Shown here: positions 46,837-54,486 of the stretch, piece after piece
How the letters are laid out: each line of letters begins with the position of its first letter
Position numbering within the stretch: the first letter of the stretch is position 1
From: Bacillota bacterium
Lineage (GTDB): Bacteria > Bacillota > Sulfobacillia > JBFMBV01
Direction: 5' to 3'
DNA length: 64,000 nucleotides
Assembly (NCBI GenBank): GCA_040755005.1
Contig: JBFMBV010000002.1
Location: forward strand, 13,761 to 77,760
The notes under the pieces: model-generated
Told to the model about the DNA's origin: nothing
The model's database searches: none
Seen by the model: only the letters and a program-made list of their open reading frames with translations
Position numbers and translations under genes: made by a program

Positions 46837-47033
46837 AAGGAGCGGACTCCTCGACAGCAGCCGCGAGCGCGGAGGTGGTGCAGGGGGGGCCAGGGGGTGC
46901 TCGAACCTGTTGGGTTTCCTGAGGCTATGAACAGCGCTCAGACCACCTGCGTAGGCTCATTGTCGGCAGCACTCGGTCACGCTCGCATGGCAGCCAGCAA
47001 ACGCTGTGTTAGCAAGGGTTTGCAGGGACGGCG

Positions 47034-48701
47034 GCCACCGACATCGAAACGGATCTGATCGACGGACACACCGACCGCCGCGGTGCCGGCTCTACGGACC
47101 TAGGCCACCGACATCGAAACGGATCTGATCGACGGACACCTGCAGGGGGAGAGTTCACGATGCAGTTCCTCCGCCACCGACATCGAAACGGATCTGATCG
47201 ACGGACACAGGGCCAGGTCGCCCAGTACATCAGACGTTTTACGCCACCGACATCGAAACGGATCTGATCGACGGACACGCCGCGCAATTCCACCAGGTAC
47301 ACCTCTTCCAACACGCCACCGACATCGAAACGGATCTGATCGACGGACACGTTGCGAGCGGCCGAATGAAAACCATGTCGTCCACGCCACCGACATCGAA
47401 ACGGATCTGATCGACGGACACCGTCACCCCCCCTACACCGCGAATGTCACATCCCAGCCACCGACATCGAAACGGATCTGATCGACGGACACGAGTAGGA
47501 CCCCCCGGGGCGAGACGTAGGTTAGGCCACCGACATCGAAACGGATCTGATCGACGGACACCTCCCCCAACAGTCTGCAAAAAAAACGCGCTGTGCACGG
47601 CCACCGACATCGAAACGGATCTGATCGACGGACACTATCAAGCTCGCCATAGGTGACTGTGAGACACTAGCCACCGACATCGAAACGGATCTGATCGACG
47701 GACACCGCAGGAGGCGGGCTGCGCGCAGGCTGTTCGCGGCAGCCACCGACATCGAAACGGATCTGATCGACGGACACTGGTATGTGATACCATTAGAAGC
47801 GCAGCATACAAAGCCACCGACATCGAAACGGATCTGATCGACGGACACTCACGCCCCTGTCCCGCGCAGGTCACACCCATAGGCCACCGACATCGAAACG
47901 GATCTGATCGACGGACACCCACGCCCCAGGCCAAGCGCGCGGCGATCCTCAGGCCACCGACATCGAAACGGATCTGATCGACGGACACCGCAAACCCTCC
48001 TCCACCAACTCCAGGCTTCTTGGCCACCGCCATCGAAACGGATCTGATCGACGGACACTTACTGCGGTGGTCAGGGCCGCGAGACTGCCCACTGCCACCG
48101 ACATCGAAACGGATCTGATCGACGGACACTCTTATGGTCTCGTCAGCAGGTACGTCCCAAGCCGCCACCGACATCGAAACGGATCTGATCGACGGACACA
48201 TGCAGTGGTGCTTGAGGGCCAGCTTGACCTGTTGCCACCGACATCGAAACGGATCTGATCGACGGACACTTGATTGTGACCTCAAGGTAGCGCGGGCCCT
48301 CCTCCGGCCACCGACATCGAAAAGGGATCTGATCGACGGACACATCTTTACCGACCCGCCCTACGGGCACAACAGCAAGCCACCGACATCGAAACGGATC
48401 TGATCGACGGACACAGCTACTCAGGCAACGCCTTCCGCGGCCACCTGCGCGCCACCGACATCGAAACGGATCTGATCGACGGACACACACGGGGTGTGTT
48501 CAGGTGGGCTGGTGTAGTCGGCGCCACCGACATCGAAACGGATCTGATCGACGGACACTTGACTGTGACCTCAAGGTAGCGCGGGCCCTCCTCCGGCCAC
48601 CGACATCGAAACGGATCTGATCGACGGACACCATCGGTGCCAGCACGAAGCGGCGTACGTCTACTGCCACCGACATCGAAACGGATCTGATCGACGGACA
48701 C
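47034..48701 (+). CRISPR. CRISPR array, 24 repeats of 36 nt (GCCACCGACATCGAAACGGATCTGATCGACGGACAC), 23 spacers of 34-37 nt
   Basis: Regular ~70-nt periodicity read directly. Repeat ends in ...GACAC like the V-B repeat 3' handle, implying + strand transcription with the leader at the cas2 side. Repeats 15 (48033, A>C) and 19 (48307, 37 nt) are variant. Confidence 0.95.
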
Positions 48702-48924
48702 TCAGGTTGTCGTCAGGATGATGGACTGCGTCGCCGGACCTCTCTACCGGCTGACAGGAGAACACATGCCTGCGCCCCGCACCCTTGTCTACCAAAGCCG
48801 GCTTCCCACAAGCGAGATCGAGCAGGTGCCCCTCCTGTTCTGTGTGGTGCGCATCATTTGGGCCCGGAAGCTGTAAGCTGAGAGACAGCATGAGCTAAGG
48901 GCAATCCCACATAACGCAATCCGG

Positions 48925-48952
48925 AAGCCGCCTCGTGGCGAGGCGGCTTTTG
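48925..48952 (+). terminator. Rho-independent terminator downstream of the CRISPR array
   Basis: AAGCCGCCTCG-TGGCG-AGGCGGCTT followed by TTTTGCC. Confidence 0.5.
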
Positions 48953-49074
48953 CCGTGTGCGTTCTTCCTACATTGCCCTCCTCCGCGCCCAAGCCCAGCT
49001 AAAGGACTTGTTGTCCCCATGGTGGAATGTCTGGCATAATGGTTGCTTTACATACTGGGCAGGAGGTGGTGGCT

Positions 49075-50997
49075 GTGCTGGGTAGGCGCATCCTTGCCGC
49101 CCTGGCGGTGCTGGCCATCTTCGCCCTCACTCCCGCCCCTGCGCTCGCGGCCGCAGGCCCGACTCTGCCGGCCCGCCTGCGGGTGGGCGGGGACAACCAC
49201 TTCCCGCCCTTCGAGTTCGTGGATGAGCGCGGGGTCTACCGGGGCTTCAACGTGGACATCATGCAGGCCATCTCCCTGGAGCTGGGCATCGAGCTGGAGC
49301 TGGTGCCGATGCTGTGGTCTGATGTGCCCTCGGCCCTGCTCTACGGGCAGATCGACGCCATCCAGGGGATGAAGCACTCGCCCGAACGGGCCCTCTTGTA
49401 CAGCTTCTCCGACCCCTACCTGGTCAGCTCCCAGGCCATCTTCGTCCGGGCCACCGACCGCCACATCGTCTCCTTGGACGATCTGGCCGGCTACCACGTG
49501 GCGGTGCAGCGGGGAGACTGGGCCCATGAGCTGCTGCGTGACCGCAACGATCTGACGCTGGTGGTGGCGGAGAACCAGGAAGAAGGCATGGCCCTGCTGG
49601 TGGAAGGCGGAGTGCATGCCTTCGTCGGTAACCGCCTGTCGGGCTTGTATGTGCTGCAGAAGCGGCGCCACACGGACCTGGTGAAGATCGTCGGGGAGCC
49701 TTTAGTCCCGGCCAACTACTGCAGCGTCTTCCGCCACAGCGACCCGCATCTGGTGGAAGCCTTCAACCGGGCCCTCAAGGCCATCAAGCGTAACGGCACC
49801 TACGACAAGATCTACCGCAAGTGGTTCGGTGAAGTGGTGGGCCCGTCGGCGGCCCAGATCCGCCAGGTGGCCTACGGGCTGGCGGGCACCGTGCTGTTTG
49901 TTATGGCGGTGCTCGGGTTCACCGTCCGGTGGAACCGGACCCTCCGCGCGGAGGTGCGGCGCAGGACGGCCGCGCTCGAAGCCAGCGACCGGCTCAAGGA
50001 ACGCATCCTGGACAGTGTCGTGACGGGGATCATCGCCATCGACAACGCCGGGCGGGTCACGGCGGCCAACCGCCGGGCCCTGGACCTGCTGGATCTACGC
50101 GGCGGCCCCGCTGACTGGGTGGGCAGGCCCCAGGTGGACCTGGGCCTGGAGCGGTTCGGGGCCGGGGAAACGACGGTGTCCGCCGGGGGCAGGTCCCTGG
50201 CGGTGACCTGCCAGGCATACCCCTTGCGGGGGGATGACGGCGAGAGCGAAGGGCTGCTGGTCGCCCTGCGGGATGTCACCGCCGAGCGGGTGGCCCAGGC
50301 GCGGCTGATTAGAGAGGACAAGATGGAGTCCCTCGGGCGGCTGGTGGCGGGCATCTGCCACGAAGTGCGGAACCCCCTGTTCGCCATCAAGACCTTCGTC
50401 GAACTCGTCCCTGCCAAGTTGCACCTGCCTGCCTTCCGGGAGGAACTGCTCAAGCATGTCCCGGCTGAAGTAGACCACCTCAGCGGCCTGCTCGGCGAAC
50501 TCCTGGAGTACGCCAAGCCCAGGGCGGCCCAGCCCGGGGCCTGCAAGGTGAAGGAAGCCGTGGAGGGTGTCATCGCCCTCTGCCAGGGCAGGATGCAGGA
50601 GCAAAGCATCGAGCGGGATATCCGCATCCCGGAGGGGTTGGCGGTCTGGGTGGACAGGCAGCAGTTCCGCCAGATCCTGATCAACCTGATGCTGAACGCC
50701 GTGGAGGCGATGGGCGCTGGGGGCATCCTGTCTATCGAGGCGGCAGCGGCGGGCGGGTGGGCCTCCCTGAGCGTGCAGGACACGGGCTGCGGCATCCCCG
50801 AAGCCGACCTGCCCATGGTGTTCGAACCCTTCTACACCCGCAAGGCCGACGGCACGGGCCTGGGCTTGTACATCTGCTACCAACTTACCCAAGAGAACGG
50901 CGGCGCCATCGAAGTCGACAGCCGGCCGGGGGCGGGCACTACGGTGACCTTACGCTTCAGGCTGGCGGGGGAGGGCGGACCATGCCCAACGTGTTGA
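49075..50997 (+). CDS. Sensor histidine kinase with N-terminal periplasmic solute-binding (SBP_bac_3-like) domain, TM, PAS, HisKA and HATPase_c
   Basis: Signal peptide, then amino-acid-binding-protein-like domain, TM helix, PAS-like segment. H-box (GICHEVRNPL), N/G boxes (LMLNAVEAM...QDTGCGIP...GTGLGL). GTG 49075 preferred over ATG 49027 because of RBS GGGCAGGAGG. Confidence 0.8.
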   Translation: MLGRRILAALAVLAIFALTPAPALAAAGPTLPARLRVGGDNHFPPFEFVDERGVYRGFNVDIMQAISLELGIELELVPMLWSDVPSALLYGQIDAIQGMKHSPERALLYSFSDPYLVSSQAIFVRATDRHIVSLDDLAGYHVAVQRGDWAHELLRDRNDLTLVVAENQEEGMALLVEGGVHAFVGNRLSGLYVLQKRRHTDLVKIVGEPLVPANYCSVFRHSDPHLVEAFNRALKAIKRNGTYDKIYRKWFGEVVGPSAAQIRQVAYGLAGTVLFVMAVLGFTVRWNRTLRAEVRRRTAALEASDRLKERILDSVVTGIIAIDNAGRVTAANRRALDLLDLRGGPADWVGRPQVDLGLERFGAGETTVSAGGRSLAVTCQAYPLRGDDGESEGLLVALRDVTAERVAQARLIREDKMESLGRLVAGICHEVRNPLFAIKTFVELVPAKLHLPAFREELLKHVPAEVDHLSGLLGELLEYAKPRAAQPGACKVKEAVEGVIALCQGRMQEQSIERDIRIPEGLAVWVDRQQFRQILINLMLNAVEAMGAGGILSIEAAAAGGWASLSVQDTGCGIPEADLPMVFEPFYTRKADGTGLGLYICYQLTQENGGAIEVDSRPGAGTTVTLRFRLAGEGGPCPTC

Positions 50998-52370
50998 TCA
51001 TTGACGACGAGACAGCCATCCTGACGTCCCTCGCCTTCGCCCTGGAGGACGAGTTTTGTGTCCACACCGCGGCCGACACGGCCACGGGCCTAGAGATGCT
51101 GGCCAGGGAAGACATCGACCTGGTCCTCCTGGACCTGCGCATCGGGGCCGATAACGGCCTGGACGTGCTCAAGCGTATCCGGGCCACGCGGGAGCAGGCG
51201 GTGGTGATCATCATCACCGCTTATGGGTCCATCGGGTCGGCGGTGGAGTGCATGCAGGCCGGCGCCTACTACTATGTCACCAAGCCGGTTGATCTCGCCC
51301 AGCTCAAGCTGGTGATAGCCAAGGGCTTGGAGTTCGCCAGTCTCCGCGGCAAGCTGGCTTACCTGGACAGCCAGCTGGCGGACACCTACCTCCAACGCGG
51401 GTTGGTGGGCCCGTCCAAGCGGATGCGGCAGGTGTTCGATCTGGTGGAGAAGGTCAAGGACATCGACAGCAACGTTCTGATCACCGGCGAGAGCGGGACC
51501 GGCAAGGAGCTGGTGGCCCGGGCGGTCCACTTCGGCGGGCGGCGCAAGCAGGGCCGCTTCGAGGTGGTGGACTGCGCGGCCATCCCTGCCACCCTCCTGG
51601 AGAGCGAGCTGTTCGGGTTCGAGCAGGGGGCCTTCACCGGCGCCCACCGGGCCAGGAAGGGCCGCTTCGAGCTGGCGGCCGGGGGCACCGTGTTCCTGGA
51701 TGAGATCGGCGACATGGACCTGGCCCTCCAGGCCAAGATCCTGCGTATCCTGCAGAGCCGGGAGTTCACCCCCCTGGGATCCTCGGGCGCCAGGAAAGCC
51801 GATGTGCGGGTTATCGCCGCCACCAACAAGGACCTCAAGGCCGAAGTGGCCCGCGGGGCTTTCCGCGAGGACCTGTATTTCCGCCTCAACGTTATCCCCA
51901 TCGAGCTGCCGGCCCTTAGGGAGCGCCGCGAGGACATCCCGGCCCTGGCGAGGCACTTCCTGCGCCACTACGCCAAGACCCTGGGCAAGCCCGCCATCGA
52001 GCTCACCGCGGAGGCCTTGGCCGCGCTGGAGGGCTACGCCTACCCGGGCAATGTCCGAGAGCTGGAGAATATGATCGAGCGGGCGGTGGCCCTGTGCCCG
52101 GATGGTCAGCTGTGCCTGCGCGATCTGCCCCCGGAGGTGGCCCACGGTGCCATCCCAGCCCTGGCCGCGGCAGCGGCGCAGCCCCTGCTGACGGTTTACC
52201 CTGGCATCAAGCTGGCTGACATCGAGCGGTTGGTGATCCTCAGGACCCTATCCCACTGCCGGGGCAGCCGCCGCGAGACCGCCCGGCTGCTAGGGTTGAG
52301 CGAACGCACCTTGCGGCACAAGCTGAAGGAGTATAAGCGCAGGCAGCTGGAACAGGCCGAAGGGCAGTAA
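50982..52370 (+). CDS. Sigma-54-dependent response regulator (NtrC family: REC + AAA+ sigma-54 activator + Fis-type HTH)
   Basis: Receiver Asp pocket (LVLLDLRI). Walker A GESGTGKE, GAFTGA motif (FEQGAFTGA), ESELFG. C-terminal HTH (RETARLLGLSERTLRHKLKEY). Overlaps the kinase stop. Confidence 0.85.
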   Translation: MPNVLIIDDETAILTSLAFALEDEFCVHTAADTATGLEMLAREDIDLVLLDLRIGADNGLDVLKRIRATREQAVVIIITAYGSIGSAVECMQAGAYYYVTKPVDLAQLKLVIAKGLEFASLRGKLAYLDSQLADTYLQRGLVGPSKRMRQVFDLVEKVKDIDSNVLITGESGTGKELVARAVHFGGRRKQGRFEVVDCAAIPATLLESELFGFEQGAFTGAHRARKGRFELAAGGTVFLDEIGDMDLALQAKILRILQSREFTPLGSSGARKADVRVIAATNKDLKAEVARGAFREDLYFRLNVIPIELPALRERREDIPALARHFLRHYAKTLGKPAIELTAEALAALEGYAYPGNVRELENMIERAVALCPDGQLCLRDLPPEVAHGAIPALAAAAAQPLLTVYPGIKLADIERLVILRTLSHCRGSRRETARLLGLSERTLRHKLKEYKRRQLEQAEGQ

Positions 52371-52460
52371 TTGCCGCCCTGGCGCCCCTAAGCGGCAAGG
52401 ATTGCCGCCCGTCCGCTCCCACCTGGCCCGCGGGACAAGCCCCGCGGGCTTGTGCGTGTT

Positions 52461-52476
52461 TGGCACAAGACTTGCA
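52461..52476 (+). promoter_or_regulatory. Sigma-54 (-24/-12) promoter TGGCAC-N5-TTGCA
   Basis: TGGCACAAGACTTGCA exactly matches the RpoN consensus TGGCAC-N5-TTGCA. It lies ~30 nt upstream of the formiminotransferase start and just downstream of the NtrC-type regulator gene. Confidence 0.7.
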
Positions 52477-52504
52477 CTATGGCACAAGCGGGGAGGGATG
52501 CCGA

Positions 52505-53407
52505 GTGAACCTGCTGGTTGCGGTAGTGCCCAACTTCAGCGAGGGCAGACGGACGGACGTGATCGAGTCCATCGTGGCCCCGTACCACGATCATCCGTTA
52601 GTCAGACTGCTCGATGTGGCGTCCGACGCCGACCACAACCGGGTGGTGGTCACGGCCGTGGGGCCTCCGGAGGTGATGGCCGAGGCCACCTTCGACTGCA
52701 TCCGGCGGGCGGCGGGCCTGATCAACATGGCAGAGCACAAGGGCGAGCATCCCCGTATGGGGGCTACGGACGTGGTCCCGTTCATCCCGGTCAAGGGTGT
52801 CAGCATGGCCGACTGCGTAGCTTTGGCCAAGGGGTTGGGCAGGCGGGTGGGGGAGGAGCTCGGCATCCCCGTCTACCTGTACGAAGCCGCCGCCTCCCGG
52901 CCCGAGCGGCAGGATCTGGCCTACATCAGGAAGGGCCAGTATGAGGGGTTCAAGACCAAGATCCAGCTCCCGGACTGGGTGCCCGACTTCGGGCCCCAGA
53001 CCCTGCATCCCACGGCGGGCGCCACCGTCATCGGGGCGCGCATGCCCCTGGTGGCCTTCAACGTCAACCTGGGTACGGCCGACATCGCCATCGCCGACCG
53101 TATCAGCAAGGCCGTCCGCCACTCCAGTGGCGGGCTGCGGTTCTGCAAGGCGGTGGGCGTGGCTCTCAAGGCCAAGGGCATCGTCCAGGTGTCCATGAAC
53201 CTGACCGATTACACCCGTACCGCCCTGCACCGGGCCTTCGAGTTGGTGCGGGTGGAGGCGGAGCGCTACGGCGTGCCGGTCGTGGGCAGCGAGATCATCG
53301 GCCTCACGCCCATGGCCGCCCTCATCGACGCCGCTGCCCATCACCTGCGCCTGGAGGGGTTCAGGCTGGACCAGGTGCTCGAACAGCACCTAGCCGACGA
53401 GGCCTGA
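52505..53407 (+). CDS. Glutamate formimidoyltransferase (FtcD formiminotransferase domain)
   Basis: N-terminus VNLLVAVVPNFSEGRR and overall similarity to formiminotransferase domain proteins; GTG start with RBS GGGGAGGGA. Confidence 0.8.
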   Translation: MNLLVAVVPNFSEGRRTDVIESIVAPYHDHPLVRLLDVASDADHNRVVVTAVGPPEVMAEATFDCIRRAAGLINMAEHKGEHPRMGATDVVPFIPVKGVSMADCVALAKGLGRRVGEELGIPVYLYEAAASRPERQDLAYIRKGQYEGFKTKIQLPDWVPDFGPQTLHPTAGATVIGARMPLVAFNVNLGTADIAIADRISKAVRHSSGGLRFCKAVGVALKAKGIVQVSMNLTDYTRTALHRAFELVRVEAERYGVPVVGSEIIGLTPMAALIDAAAHHLRLEGFRLDQVLEQHLADEA

Positions 53408-53439
53408 GTTGACCATAATCTAGAGGAGGTATCGTAGAG

Positions 53440-54450
53440 ATGAGACGCACCATCCCCGTCGTCGCCCTGCTGCTGGTGTTAGCAGTGGTGGCGGGCAGCG
53501 CAGGCTGCGCGCCCAAGAAGCAGTTCGTCACCATCGTCACCGGCGGCACCGCAGGCACCTACTATCCAGTCGGCACCATCATGGCGGCCTTGTGGAACGA
53601 GAAGCTGGGCAAGACAGGCGTCGTGGCCGCGGCCCAGTCCTCGGGGGGTTCCGTGGAGAACCTCAACATGCTGAAGAGCGGTGAGGCGCAGTTGGGCATC
53701 GCCATGTGCAACCTCACCTACTTCGCCGCCAAGGGGCAGGAACGGTTCGACGGCAAGCCCTTCCCCGACGTCCGCTTCCTCACCGCCCTGTGGCCCGATG
53801 TCAGCCAGTTCGTCGTCACCAAGGCCTCCGGCGTGAACACCTTCTCGGACCTGCGCGGCAAGAAGTTCTCGGTGGGCAGCGCGGGCAGCGGCACCGAATA
53901 CAGCTCTCGGATGATCCTGGACATCATCGGCGGCCTCAAGTACGCTGATTTCACCCCGGAGTACCTGTCCTACGGCGATGCCTCCGCTGCCATGCAGAAC
54001 GGGCAGCTGGCCGGCATGAACGCCGAGGGCGGCGTGCCCACCACCGCTGTGGCGGAGATCTTCGCCTCGCGGACCCCAGTCAGGATGCTGCAGTTCACCG
54101 ATTCCGAGTACCATAAGCTCAATGACCAGATCCCCTTCTACGTCCAGGTGACCATCCCCGCCAACACCTACTCCAACCAGCCCGAGGCCATTAAGACCAT
54201 CGGCGTGAAGTGCGCCGTGGTAGCCTCCAAGGGCCTCAGCGAGAAGCTCGCCTATGACCTGGTCAAGGCGATGTACGAGAACCTCGAGACGATGCAGAAG
54301 TCTCACAAGGCGCTGGGGTACCTGACCCTCCAGGGGGCCATCGAGGGGCTGCCCAAGGGCGTGCCGCTGCACGTCGGCGCCTACAAGTTCTTCAAGGAGA
54401 AGGGCTTGAACATCCCCGCCGAACTCATCCCGCCCGAGGCCAAGAAGTAA
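53440..54450 (+). CDS. TAXI-family TRAP transporter solute-binding protein
   Basis: Lipoprotein-like signal (..VVAGSAGCAPKK) and TAXI hallmark FVTIVTGGTAGTYYPVG; RBS GAGGAGG. Confidence 0.8.
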   Translation: MRRTIPVVALLLVLAVVAGSAGCAPKKQFVTIVTGGTAGTYYPVGTIMAALWNEKLGKTGVVAAAQSSGGSVENLNMLKSGEAQLGIAMCNLTYFAAKGQERFDGKPFPDVRFLTALWPDVSQFVVTKASGVNTFSDLRGKKFSVGSAGSGTEYSSRMILDIIGGLKYADFTPEYLSYGDASAAMQNGQLAGMNAEGGVPTTAVAEIFASRTPVRMLQFTDSEYHKLNDQIPFYVQVTIPANTYSNQPEAIKTIGVKCAVVASKGLSEKLAYDLVKAMYENLETMQKSHKALGYLTLQGAIEGLPKGVPLHVGAYKFFKEKGLNIPAELIPPEAKK

Positions 54451-54486
54451 CTGCTGGCGGCCCGGCCAGGGAGAGGGGGGAAGCTC

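Larger units (their letters stand above)
27233..48960. mobile_element. Accessory/defence island adjacent to tRNA-Asn (boundaries approximate; no integrase seen in the window)
   Basis: Begins at the tRNA 3' end. Contains a degenerate second copy of the tRNA 3' end, lower-GC genes, a defence operon and a CRISPR-Cas locus. Flanked by conserved housekeeping synteny on the left and a sigma-54 metabolic module on the right. Confidence 0.5.

Noticed and set aside
47009-48701. Numerous minus-strand ORFs across 47.0-48.7 kb with recurring peptide VRRSDPFRCRW / CPSIRSVSMSVA
   Set aside because: These are translations of the 36-nt CRISPR repeat in different frames, not genes.
48702-49026. Search for a third copy of the tRNA-Asn 3' end at the right edge of the island
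   Set aside because: No convincing similarity to TTCGAGTCCTGCTCGAGGAGCCA seen by eye in the array trailer. The right boundary of the island therefore remains undefined.
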